Source: Phoronis australis
Taxonomy: Eukaryota > Animalia > Phoronida
Reading direction: 5' to 3'
Length of the DNA: 64,000 nt
Assembly: GCA_002633005.1 (NCBI GenBank)
Contig: NMRA01000001.1
Coordinates: 2,463,695 to 2,527,694, forward strand
Position 1 is the first letter of the stretch; each line of letters begins with the position of its first letter. Below, piece after piece: positions 1 through 31,453 of this stretch. The position numbers and the translations under genes are program-made. The notes below the pieces were generated by a model, which saw only the letters and a program-made list of their open reading frames with translations, ran no database searches and was not told the origin of the DNA.

Positions 1-2519
1 TGGGACACTGTAGTATTGTTTAAATGAACTTTATTACTATTACTTTCTACTGTACACAGCTCGGGATGCACAGGCACGAGATTAGGTATTTTACGAATAC
101 AAATTTGCTAGTTCTTGCAACACATTTGTTCGCAACATCGCTACGTAACTAATTCAAGGCTATATACCGACAGCTGTCTTATACATGTTACGTCACCGCG
201 AGCAGTCAACCCGAAGTCTTGAATTTTCTAATGGCAAAAATGCCCAAAATTGCACCGATTTCCTCACTAGTGATCGGGAAGCTACAGTCGATCAAACAAT
301 TATCTTTGCAGTGCCCCAGTGTATGCTTCTATTGCAAAGGCATATAAGCAAATAACTGTGTAAAGTTTGGAGTGGATGGTCAAATGGCCTCTGGAATCAG
401 CACACAGGTTGCCTGAGACTAAAATCGTTATCGTAATAATATGAAGCCTGTGGTAAGCTATCGAAAATATCCCGGGGAGTGCAACAGATGTTTTGATACA
501 GCTTTCAGTATTTATTTTATTTTACTTTGATTGAAGCATTTAAGTTGTTAGTAGGTTACAGCTTTTCACATCAGATGGAATCGTTTGAACTGAATTAAGC
601 GTTTTAAGTTGTGTCCTGAACTGCCTTGTTAAAATAAGCAGCTGTAACGGAGTAAGAATAAATCTTATGCATAATTATAAACTAGAACGCCACACGGGTA
701 ATCTGTCGGTAATAGTCTATAAGCAAGTATCTAATATAATGAGGCACGCTGCCCAAGGCAGTCCGCAAATTAAATGAGATGCTCGTGTTCATAAGGAAAT
801 AATGATCCCTGTCGGCTTTTCTCTGGAGCTGCCCGAAATGAGAGTTCCAATTTACTGTGGCATTAGAACCCGACGATTAAGCCCAAATCGACAACATTCT
901 AACTTTCGACACTGCGGATGCAATTCTTTCCATCAAAATACGCATGGAGCTTTCGATAAAATCAAAGAATCTCAAAATCCTCGGTCATCTTGAATATGTG
1001 ACATGTTTATCGGGCATTACAGCCGATTGTTTCGTGTTCTCGAGCTGACGCGAGACATTGCGAAAAGTTAAATTAAAGTTACACATGAGCCATCATTAAT
1101 TTTTATAGTTAAAACTGTCAACATTTTTCACGTTTCTCTTCCAAAACAAAGTCATTGCATTCTTATCCTTTGTTTGAAAGGAAATTGGTTACAATAAATC
1201 AACTAGAATTCCATGCCGACGACCATTTTACTGTCTTGGTGATTGAAACCAAACTGCCGAGACCAGCATCTTAACTAATCTGAAACAATGACAGCCTGTC
1301 AAACCTCCTCAAGCCTAGAAATCACTCTAAACTGAGTAACAAGATACGAGATCAATTGTATGACAGTAAGTTACAAAAAGTTAATTTTTGACGGGTGTGG
1401 GTTTTATAGTTTCACGGTCGGGTTGAAGAGCAGAATTTAAAAAAATGGGAGAAATGCAACGGATTGTTAAGGAAGGCAGGTACGTGTCGCATTCGGCGCA
1501 CTGTGTACATGCATACCCATCAGTACCCCCCCCCCCCCACCCACNAGTTGAGGCAAATTTTATTGTGGTAGAAGTGGTCTGAATCAAAAGCTAGTTACTT
1601 CGACGAAACGCAGCTCTTCAGATGCTTACAGAGCATGGCGAAATCCACCGGGTGTGATACAAAAGCAAACGAACATTTGATTCGAGTAGACGCATTGCTA
1701 TTAAACTGAAACTGTACTTATAGATGAGAAGTGGTTTCTAGGACTGCAAAAAGTCAAAGTTCGTTCTGACTTTCAAGAGACCATTCTCGTCGGGCCCATA
1801 TTCCGGCGGCCTTTTTACATTGTACGGCACTACGGCATTGGGATCACTGACCCGCCGTCAGGCCTTACAAGTTTGAACCCACATTGTCAGTTCTTTCCAA
1901 GCCAAGAATTCATCTTCTAATTTGACGAAGAAACAAAATTTTGAGACCAAATCCGAGTTGTTTTTTTTTGCAAGTCGGCAGCCCGAAGATTTAATTGCGC
2001 CATTATAGAATTCGGTTTTGTTTTATTGCATGTAGGATTTGGTCTCGTAATACAATTTACAATGTAACTTTGCTATGGTAAAATCTCACTTGTTAGCACT
2101 GTTGCTGTTGAAACATGGAGCGACAGGTTTTTTAATTCATTATGTAGCCGGAATCAGCGACCTTTGAAATATGCTACTCACTCTTCCCCTCGGCGCACAT
2201 CACTCAGGTCCCCAGGGCAGTGACATATAAAATGGAGCCCTTTTTCAATCTATGCAGATACACAAATTCTTTCACTCTGATCGGTTAAGCCTGCGGTGCC
2301 ACCCCCACCAGAGCACCTGAACTATCGAGCGAGTGCCGTGGATAGGGGTCTAAATATAAATAGACCAGATATTTTCGGTCCACAATGGACGGAAATAGGT
2401 CTCTCACTTTTTGCGATATCTGTACTTTTATTTTGTTTCATTTGTGTAGTATTGTTTTTATTTTCCGCTGTACTTGTGTGAGATAAATAATAGTTTGACA
2501 CATCAAAAGCTTGTCTTTT

Positions 2520-2546
2520 GGCCACCAGAGGTCTCTATATTTCAAA

Positions 2547-2555
<9 letters not shown>
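2520..2555 (+). promoter_or_regulatory. Putative MCCC2 start-region elements: CTCF-like GGCCACCAGAGGTC and YY1-type CAAAATGGCTGCC overlapping the ATG
   Basis: Motifs read at 2520-2535 and 2543-2555. YY1 sites overlapping the start codon are common in housekeeping and mitochondrial-protein genes. Motif match only. Confidence 0.35.
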
Positions 2556-14064
<11,509 letters not shown>

Positions 14065-16877
14065 GAGTACAACTAAATATTGTCACTTAACACGTGCGTT
14101 GGGATTTTTCAACCGATTTGCATACAATGTATATTAGTGGACTTGAGTTGAAAAGTTACTTATTCCATTCAGAGTATGTAAAACTGGCATGTACCTCAAA
14201 TAGGAGGCAGCATTTCTATAAACTTAAGAGGTCAAACTAGTTAAGTGGTGAGTGTACAGCGTGTGGAATTTAACTCAAGGAGTGGACAAATTTTTCCGTT
14301 TCATTCAGTGAAAGTTGTGTGGACCTGGAATAGTTTTGTATACAAAGAGATTGCGGCATTTTTAGGAACTTTACTGAATTGTTTGGGATGTTTAAATAAT
14401 AATAGCGGTTTATCACACATAGTTGTTGGGTGGTTCATTGTTGTACATAGTATAATCGTATGACTTACGGGTGTTACTTGGTTTGGAGTTGCGTAGAACT
14501 CCCTCATGGCATTAACACTCATTGAAGTCATGACTTGTTATTTAATTTTCTCAAGTTGGTCAGCTCTTTATCTAAACTTTTGTCAGTTTTTCACGTACAC
14601 CTCACTGTGGGTGTCAGTTAGTATACCTTGCCTGTTTGACTTAACGTTTAGGGCGTTTAAATCACGGATCCAAACTAAAATATCAATTTTTGGACGTTAC
14701 ACAAACACAGCAAAGTACAATCATGTAATTTCTTTAAGTTAGAATTTGGTTGTGGGCTTTAAATGGAACAGATTTGGTAGTCCTGATTATTTTTGTCATT
14801 TAACCAGACTGTCATGGACTTAGTGAGTTGTGATTTCAAGGAATCTTTTACTCAGTGCGTTTTAAATATTGGGAGACTGGTGCTAGACTAAAATTTTTAT
14901 TGCCAACCGACGGTCTTTACAGTCATCTGTTATTAGTTACATAATAATCATGTTTATTAAACAACGCTCATGTGGAAAAATTAAGGTTTTTGAAAATGCT
15001 GCACACTATTGTTCATCATTCTTATCTGCGTGTAATGTTTAGATTGGGTGCTTGTGTTGAAGATGCAGGTGAAGTTTCCTCTTGGTTAAGGCTCCGTGCA
15101 GTGATCATAATTAGTTCATATCAAAATTGCCTCTCACTTGAATGTTGTAAGATTATCCCTGTGTATGTGGCTGCAGAATTCGTCCAAATCATCATAGAAC
15201 AAGTTGGAATGACTAGGCCTTTGAAGGTGACATACACCAAGAATTATGTTATGAATAGGTTTAATGTAACACTATTACCTGGTATTTGCCAGTTTTGTAA
15301 AGTGTTGAAATTACCGTGTGTGAATATTCTGAAAGATGCCATTGGTAATCTAGTCTCACCTCTTGAAGAAATGTTTTGGTAAAGATCAACTGTGTTCAAC
15401 AAAGTAACTCAACCAGTACAATGAGGCAGTGTGCTTTGTTTAACTCGAGAATATACCAAATTCAGAAATGCGCACAACATGCTCAGCAGGCTGTGTATTT
15501 ATTGGTTAATTTCAGAAAACAGAAGAAACGTTTTTGTTTATAAGACTAGTCAATGTATTTTCATGAATAAGGCACATGTTATCACAATAAAACCAACTAG
15601 TCCAATGGCTAGTTTGCATAAATTATACAAATTTAATAATTGAATAACATTGAATCCACATCTGTACAGTATAACTTACATACATGTGAGTCGGAGATTT
15701 TCTTCAAACTAAGCTAAATCCAACTTAATTTTAAGTGCCAGGTGGTGAACTAGGATAAGTGCATTGCTGAACATTGTCATGCTTTAAGTGTAGATCAGAC
15801 TTAAGTGAATTCACTATGTTCAAATGAATTTGGTTGCGGATGAGTTAGCAAAAGTGTAACCCTTGACGGGCATGATAAATGTTTATTATTGGTAAATCAC
15901 AACATACTAATCTTGTTATTTACAACCACACGTTGGTTGTTTGACAACAACTCGAAGCCTTTTATCTACAACTGTTCTAACAGGTGGAAGCAATGTGCAA
16001 CTGCCAATAAAATTGCAGAGAGCAGTGAGGTGTAATACACTGCAATGGCATGTCTAGTTATGCAGTGAGGAAATTGTGTACAAAATGAAACTATGATGCA
16101 TAAGTCGGTCATACATGTCATGAACGCTCAATCTTGTGTTAACCAGTGCTTCTGAGTTATGTTTACATGTAAATGACTGTCTACAGGCTACCTTGCTAAA
16201 CTTATCATTGCATAACTTGTCAGCCTACATAACTCCTCAGTCTATGTAACTTGTCACTCTTTCTGTCTCAGTTACACCCCTATCCTTAACTTGAATATAA
16301 GTCATCACATGGATCCGAAGGCAAGTTAAGCAAGGTAGCAAGTATTTGTAAAAAATCTAGTATCTTCATGTAATAAAGTATATCTTGTAAAAAGAATATT
16401 TATACAAACACTTAAAACATACTAGGCACTCAACTGTTCATAAAACTTGGTTTCATGTTTAAGGCTTCGTGTATTTGGTATAAAGCAACACCTGGCATCC
16501 ACTGTGGTAAGAAATAATGAACAATTAAAGCTTTTTAAATACAAACAGTAACAAGGATCTGTTGACATATCCACCGATAACATATTATACAAAAATATTT
16601 TACAAAGATTATCAAAATTAAATGTAGAAATAAACGAGTGCTTGAAATTTCAATATAAGAAAGCCCAGCGATAAGATTGTCTTTCAGCAGTCGATGTCTA
16701 GGTAAAGCAATCGCAAAGTTCACAACCACAGTACAAAATGTTTATCCACATTCAAGTATTGAAAGACGTGGTTAAAAGTTTTTCTCCATTATACAATCTT
16801 AGTGCTTCGTCAAATCCTACTAATTAATAGCAATTGAAAAGAACACAAAATTCCAGCTCTATCAAATTGCAATTCAT

Positions 16878-24191
<7,314 letters not shown>

Positions 24192-25259
24192 CGTGTTTAG
24201 TAAAGTAGGCTTTTGTTATTTGCTGGAAAATGAGAAAAAACAATTATTTGCACAAATCATAACTTTCAAGAATTTTAAACAGCACAATCTGATAGATAGA
24301 CCTTGGTATCTTTTTGCTTTAAAGATCCCCCACAGTGCTTCAAACTGGGTTACAATATGTTAAAATGGTAGTGAATGTTTCCAATCAACAAACTCCACTT
24401 GGTCCATGACTTTATCACATAAAAGGACATTAAAACTCACAGTATTAAAAATCAAAAGACTCCACCCTGGCAGGTTTCAAAGATTCCCCACAAGAGGCTT
24501 TAAGCAGCTGACTATTACGTTATTGCTACTATAATTATTATTCATGCAACACATACAGTATCACAACAGCTATTGTATTGAACTATCATCACGATTTTGA
24601 CAACCAACCATGAGATACAAGTCTCAAGGTACTTTGCCAAACAATTAACTTCCAGTATCACTTGATACTGGTATACAACAGATAGCAATCAAATACTGTC
24701 AATTATGCATTTTAAGCATTTTTAAGGCACCACAAAAAACATTTATCATTTTTCTTTTAAAAAATTCAAAGCATTCCAATAAACTTTCTAATGTGTCATG
24801 CACCTCACAGTCCAGCAGTCCACAATGGACTCAGGGTCTCACATCTACATAAACCCCAGACTAGTTCAGTAACTACTGTAGGGCCAATGGCAATGGTAAA
24901 CTTCAAGTCAACTCACTGACACTGCCCAATCCCACAGCTTCTCCACTAATTTTATGGCGAGCTCATCATAATTATCGCAACTATATTTCTGTCCTGAGTA
25001 AAAATGCGATACCTTTCTTATGAAAACTTAAAAAAAATTAAAGAGTGGATTTAGAAGATTCAGTGCTGTCACAGAGCGTTAACAGGTAAGAATATTGTTT
25101 CTGGAAGGCGAACGCGAGAAAAGCATCAAAGACAAACTCTGAAGTTCAAACATCAAAAGTTACTGTAAGGAAAAGGGACTTGATACGCAATGAGTCCACA
25201 TAAACTGTGAAATACAAGTCTACAAACCTTTGGTACGAATCATTAGCTTGATAATCTGT

Positions 25260-25430
25260 GTCTATGAAACCAATTTCCGTCTTAATCCCCCATGGTTTTC
25301 AACCCAGTGACGTTCGACGATGTTATCCCGTTGGTAACCATGGCGCTTTCATGTGCCCGGATAATAAAGACGTTATCGACAAACGTTTGATCACCCCGTC
25401 ATCTATTGGGTTACTTTTAAACCAATTCGT
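25260..25430 (-). promoter_or_regulatory. Candidate ANKEF1 promoter region
   Basis: CpG-richer patch with CCAAT/ATTGG boxes (~25270, 25405, 25421), a TGACG half-site and an imperfect RFX X-box-like GGTAACCATGGCG (~25333). The A/C-rich composition of the ANKEF1 transcription unit ends near here. Motif-level evidence only. Confidence 0.3.
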
Positions 25431-27187
25431 TTCTCATGTCTACTGGTTTCAGTTCGGTGTTGACGATGCAATCGTTAATGACAACTGAGAACACGGTAGG
25501 CCTATAGAGATGTGCCACACTGGAAGCATAAGTTGTACGTCTTACGTAAAAATCTACCGATACTGCTAAAAAGATATATTCGAATCACTGTTTACTTCCT
25601 TTAGTTCACGTCTTATTATAATGTGTTGAACGCTTATAGTTTCTAAGTTTAGCCTAGTAATTTAGCCAACAACTTCAGTGAGAAAATCTGTGAAACCAAC
25701 AGTATGCTTACATTTAGAAGAAAGCGTACAATGTTCTAATATCTTTGCTATTCCAAAAATTGAAAATTCAAATTATACTACCCAACCCATCTGCTTAAGT
25801 TTTGAACTGAACTTCATTCAAAAAAATTAAAATTTGTGAGGGACAATAGGGTAGAAAAAGTTAAACAAGACATTTTAGTTAAAGGACAGGTGAGTTAAAT
25901 GAAATGTTTAATATTATGCTATTCAACACAGTCCTGACATGTGAGATGACTGTGATGCGGAGAAGGTTAATTTCTCCGGTCTAATAGGGGAAAATTGTTT
26001 GAAATCGAGACGGGCTTCAAAACCGGAAATTTGATCGGTTAAGTCAAGAAACACCACAAATGCAAATCCAGTAATAAAAACTCGTTATGGATGGAAACGT
26101 TAAACTAGTGATAGAGCCTCATTTGCAAAAGCGCATGCAATGCAACAAATGATATTTCACTCGTTAAATATATTTATGTGAGAATTTATCTTTATGTTAT
26201 TTGTACACTCATATTTCTGTACCTTATCAGTCACAATAAATGACCTTATATCGCCTATACACGGTCTCCTTTGTATCTCTGAAAACGGAGCTTGCGACGC
26301 ACCTATTATTTTCGGGACATATTCCGAACATAAATATGTTTTTCAGAAGTCTGGCCGGGTATAACCGTATTTTATATGAATTACGCTGACGAAGGCCATT
26401 AATTAGCATATCGATGACCTGTGAATTAAGCACAATAGTTTTACTCGTAGTGTGAAAATGAAACAGAGTTTTGTTCAGATCTATTTTTAATAGTACGGTA
26501 TATAAATTAAATCAGCCGAATTACATCAGCCCCAAATATCCGTCGAATTAAGGGCGCTGAGCAAAATTATAATCTTTCCTCTAATGTCATTTAATGTTCG
26601 TGATATAATAATAATAATAATAAACTGTTCAAGATATAAAAGTTTCTTACAATTTGTTGCAAAGAAGTTTAGATAATGCTACACTCAATAGCTCAACTCA
26701 AGTTTATGGTAAAAGGGTTACTTTTCTTTAGACTAAGCGACATAGAAAGAATATTTCATAACTACCATTTAAATCCTTGACCGCTCACTAATATGTATGC
26801 AGCATAGAATTTAATTTTAATTCTTTTAACAGTTTTCTGTATGGCTATCACATTTGTTCCTTTGACTATGAGCTTGAATCTGGTGCGTTAGAACATGTCT
26901 GTACGAATGTGAGAACATCAGAAAACTTCTGTTAGAAACCGAAATTCATCCACTCGTCGAAGATAACATAAATTCTCGTATTACTAAAAGTGAAATCCCC
27001 AATTGCCAGATTTTTTCTTCTATAAAATGGAAATTGAGCAATATCATAAACATTTGAAAAAAATCTCACAAATTTTCAATTCTCTGGCGATCACACCGTA
27101 ACTGAATAATTTTGTGTGGTTGTATGCATGCTTGTTTGTATGATTGATTTTTCTCTTTTTGTTTTTCTGTATACGTGTCTGCTTCGT

Positions 27188-27275
27188 CCACTCTTGGATG
27201 GGGGCCCCACTCTCGGATGGAGGTCTCTCTAAGATAGTGGCGCCACTCTCGGATGGTGGCGCCACTCTTGGATGA
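27188..27275. repeat. GC-rich minisatellite, ~19-bp unit CCACTCT(C/T)GGATGGTGGCG x ~5
   Basis: Repeated CCACTCTCGGATGG / CCACTCTTGGATG units are directly visible. Confidence 0.8.
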
Positions 27276-27425
27276 AGGCCCAAATGATGGAATCAACTGC
27301 TGCTCGTTTCCTGTATTTGTGATAATGTAAAAAGAGAGCGCATCCCTTGGAATTAGTCGACAATTATGAAATCAATTGCCACTATTTGTCATTTTTTGTA
27401 ATCTTTTAATATTTTCGTATTAAGG

Positions 27426-27584
27426 CAGTGGCAGATTTAGAGGGGAGCCAAGGGGGCCATGCCCCCTCCCTAAAATTCTCCCAGATTCCATTTGGCAGTA
27501 CGGGAGTGCGAATGTCTGACGGGCAAAATCCTGGCTCATATTCTGCCCTGCCCCCCCTAACTAAAAACCCTGGATCCGCCCCTG
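27426..27584 (+). mobile_element. hAT-like MITE, copy 2, with 5-bp TSD TAAGG
   Basis: TAAGG|CAGTGGCAGATTTAG...CTGGATCCGCCCCTG|TAAGG. Internal identity with 9060-9221. Confidence 0.85.
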
Positions 27585-29104
27585 TAAGGTGCCTTCTTGG
27601 AGAAGGCCTTAAATTGGGGGTGCAACAAGTGCCTCCTTTGTCCCCCCATAAATCCGGAACTGAGTTTGTTCTTATAACAAAATATCCTTTCCATCTGAAA
27701 ACTATATTTATTTGCTAGTTCAAAATTTAAAATGTATCCCCATATAAAATTTCTTATCCGTCGTGAATCTTTTAGTAGGTAATTTCTTACATGTATATTG
27801 GAAAAGACTCCCTTGTGTAGGGTATCCTGACCATGAAAAAAATCACCCATCTGAGCGCTACGCCTCATTGGCGCTGCAACTGTCAACTGTGCTAACTCAG
27901 ATACGAGCGTACTCGTACTAGGTCTCCTCTGGTTAAATTAACATATAGGCTAGTGTAGCAAAAGGCGGATATTAAATTGAAGATAAGCTAAATATGTACT
28001 GCTACTCTCATCTAAATTGGTCCTAATTTATTCTGATAATAAGGCATGGCTTATTTTATCATGTTTTTAGTTTATCTACCATTGGTTTCAAAAACGCTCA
28101 AATTAATCGTTATTCCATATCAGTGTCGCCAGGCACATTTTCCGTTTATAGGTACCCTGTTTCCGAAAGCAAGTCTCCGATTGTATTTGGGGCATTATAA
28201 GGGTAAAAACACAACAGTTCTCCGAAATTAAGCCCTAAGACTTACTCTAAGAATTTACCGGTAGGAGCTATGTAATCAGTTGTGATTTCTGGGCTTGTAA
28301 TGAACTGATAGTTTTATTAACTGAGTCCATGCTCGGCGCATAAATGACACGCCGCTACCAACCAAACTATAGTGCCTGGTCTCAAACAAGACCGATCTGA
28401 CAGCTCTTCGGAAGCCCTGAAATCATCCCAAATTTAACTAAGGAAAATTTGAGACAAATCTCGTAACAGTAAGTTGTCTAAATCAAAAGTTGTTTTTTTG
28501 TGATGGAAAGTGGTTTTATAGCTACTTTTACGTAACTTTTCTGTGATTGATCAAATTTTAATTTTATCATTTGTTTGTTTCGACTTGCACTGATGACCAC
28601 TGAATTAACAGATAAGTTGCTACTGTACATTGCGTTAATTGTATGTCATTCATAAAAATGAATTCCGTACATGTATCGATCTTTTTTTTTTGCTTAAAGG
28701 GGCAATTCGCCACTGTTTTAGCTGTCAATGTTAAATTGTCCGGCGAAAGAGCTGGTAAATCAGTCACAGGCAATGTGTACATGCGACAATTCGCGATTTC
28801 AGGGCTGTACAAACCGAGTAAATTCTGAGCGTTTCCTTGAGTCACTGGCAGCTTCGTTGTTCTTGTTGGTAAAAGAAAGAGAAATCTGAAGGTAAGGAAT
28901 ATCACGAGACGGCCGATTTGATGGGAATAGAAGGCCAAGTTCCATTTTCGCCTTTTAGCCTTCACAGGGTGAAATGCAGCTCTAGACTAATTAAACAAGC
29001 AGCAAAAGAATTATGTAAATCTCAGCAGTTACTAGCATTTACGTTCCAGAGAGGATACGCATTCACGTTTTTCACATGTTCCACTGACATCCCAAAGAAC
29101 TGAA

Positions 29105-30625
29105 TTATTCTTTTTTAGCTTTGAGAACATAAATGCCTTGGCCGTCACTGCGAAGTATTAAAGATTGCCAGCTTAACACGGAAAGCTTAGCTTCTATCAA
29201 AGAATCATATATTTCTTTTTTCGAGAGTTTTAGATTGAAGAATGTTTTACCTCCAAATTCGTAAGAAGTTTCATTAAAAGTATCAGCCAAAACAATATGT
29301 CCGCCAGGTTTTAACAAGGCCGCTAAACGAACAAGTATTTGCTTGTACGCTGGCTTATCTTTAGCGGCCGATCCAAGGCAGAGAACGCTGGTAATAACAT
29401 CATATAACGGATGAGGTGAAGCTTCCAGTAATACACCCGGTTGTGTGACATCACAGGGTAAGATTGTCTTAACTTTCAACCTGACTGTTTCTTTAAGCTC
29501 GTCCACCGAACTAAAAAATAAAATGAGGAATAGGCATGGTTTATAACACTTATGTATAAACATACGATATTAATGATGAGTACCAAGAATCTCCGTATGC
29601 GCGCCCCTTTGAAAATATGCCTATGGTGAGCTCTTTTACAGAAGATTTTCGAAAATACGACTCTGGCCGTCCTTCCAAGGGGCGCAGTTACTACACCCCA
29701 CGAAGACAAATAGTGCAGCCTTGGTGTGTTAAAATTTCAAAAATTATTTAGTTCACTTATTTGATGTTTGCATGCTAATTACCAGTTCTGCAGTTTGCCG
29801 ACGTGCTCGAAGAAAGTCTTATAATCAGTTGCGACATTCTCTCGGTTTAACCATTTCCTCAGGAAATTTCGACACTGTCTCGTGTAGTCAGTCAGCACGA
29901 TTTCGTTAAACCACTGGGAGGCGCTGATGACTGCGTAGACGTTTGGACCACTTCCAACGTCAAGAAGACAATTTCCGCTGAGTTTACCTGAAGTGTTTAA
30001 TTTATATCAGCTTAATAGCCATAAGCATTCATCAACAGTTGATTATTCCATTCATTACATATTTACAAAAGGCGGCAAACGCTATTCACTTTACCTAGCA
30101 TTTCAATTCAAATTTCATGCGCCGCACCCAGCCTAAAATATAAGGGGGCTCGAAAATATGCGGACCTTTTAATGAAATTGAAAAAAATCAGCGAGGACTG
30201 AAAAAAACGAGGTCACTAGGTTCAGGCCTACCAATCCTGCAGACTTCTTTCTCGTTCACTCGGACTTTTGTTACACCGAGGCGGACCTTTTTGTCCAATT
30301 CACCAAACTGGGAGGCGCCCATGAATTTAATTGACAGCTCCTGATGTTGGCACTTGGACACATTAGCGAGCCTCCCGGCCGGATCGATCTGTAAATGGCT
30401 GCAAAATATAATGCCCGAGAGACCAACCGACAGACTTCCTAACAAAAAAGTACTGATTAGAACTCAAACTTGCTTCAAAATCTTACCATCTTTGAATGTG
30501 TCGTGCAAGCAATCCAAAATGAACTTCTGTTGACAATTTTCGCTTAAAAACACATCATAAAACACCATGGCGTACACGTTTGGATCAAAGTGATCATGAT
30601 AGTCAGTACCAAAATAGGCAGCCAT
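29105..30625 (-). CDS. NNMT/INMT/PNMT-family SAM-dependent N-methyltransferase; 3 exons, 249 aa
   Basis: Exons (minus) 30625-30487, 29987-29783, 29510-29105; 750 nt in frame. Motifs YHDHFDPNVY, SAM motif I LLDVGSGPNVY, IVLTDY, LPCDVTQP, DVITSVLCL and LLKPGGHIVLAD..ETSYEFGGKTF align with the NNMT family, and the three-exon layout matches vertebrate members. Orthology to a specific paralogue cannot be assigned. Confidence 0.9.
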
Positions 30626-30674
30626 CTATATGACCAGATGATTGCCCGGCGTCCGGTCTACTACTGTACCAAGC

Positions 30675-30757
30675 ACTGAGAGGAAATATTATACTGTAGG
30701 CCTGTCCATACCCATGCTGAGGTATGGGCAGGCCTACAGTACATGTTCTCTCACAGT
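30675..30757. other. Long hairpin (21-bp core stem, 8-nt loop) upstream of the methyltransferase ATG
   Basis: TACTGTAGGCCTGTCCATACC (30692-30712) / CATGCTGA / GGTATGGGCAGGCCTACAGTA (30721-30741), with imperfect extension to ACTGAGAG...CTCTCACAGT. Confidence 0.8.
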
Positions 30758-31138
30758 AACTGATACCAAACTGATAAGATAATCAGAATCAGGTTAACAC
30801 GGATTGTAGAAACGTAAATGCTTCGATAAAAAGTCTCATACATTTGTTGGCCGGTTATTTCCAACATAAAATTGATATTCATAATTAAGTTAACATATCG
30901 TTGAGCAGTAATGCGGGTCAAGACCTTCCCATCTATCCGACTGATACTTAAATGTTGTGTAACTCATGTGCCGTCTCACTTATTAAACATTGGAGTCCGG
31001 GATATATGAAGACATTTGAACCAATCCCGGCTCACTCAGAAAGCGAGAGTAGATTTTGTGGTAGTCTGTAGTTTATGGATTTGAGAGCTTATGATAAGAC
31101 CCAAAATGCGCCTCCCTCGGTGACACGATACGATATAA

Positions 31139-31453
31139 CATAGGCGGATTTAGGGGCGGCCCGCCCTCCCACCCCCCGGGCTGCCGCAAGCAAAATGAAC
31201 CAGCAAAACAGGGTGAAACGTAAGAAAATACTGACTTCAAGAGGTAGGACGGTAACGGGTTAGGGGAAAAACACGTTCCCGTTTTTTTTTGTTTTTTTTT
31301 AGTCGAACGAGAGATTTTCTGAACAGAAGGTAATACATTCTCTGCGTCCGCACCTTCCGCCGGGGCCGTCTGCCAGCACATACAATCGCGCTATGTCCAA
31401 TTCCCCGGCCGAGAATGTCGCGACCCCCTCATGGTATCCTAGATCCGCCACTG
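31139..31453. mobile_element. hAT-like MITE with related TIRs and a different interior
   Basis: CATAGGCGGATTTAGGGG...CCTAGATCCGCCACTG; flanks CGATATAA / ATATATAA resemble a degenerate 8-bp TSD. Confidence 0.7.

Noticed and set aside
1381-1587. ORF spanning a poly-C run and an N
   Set aside because: The single N beside a homopolymer marks an assembly uncertainty; the translation is uninformative.
1943-2046. 12-bp inverted repeat GAGACCAAATCC...GGATTTGGTCTC (similar 13-bp pair at 5462-5590)
   Set aside because: Arms are short, there is no TSD and no second copy in the window; probably MITE debris, too weak to call.
14245-15643. Several 70-136 aa ORFs between MCCC2 and ANKEF1
   Set aside because: They have non-ATG starts or UTR-like composition and no domains; the region is best read as 3'UTR.
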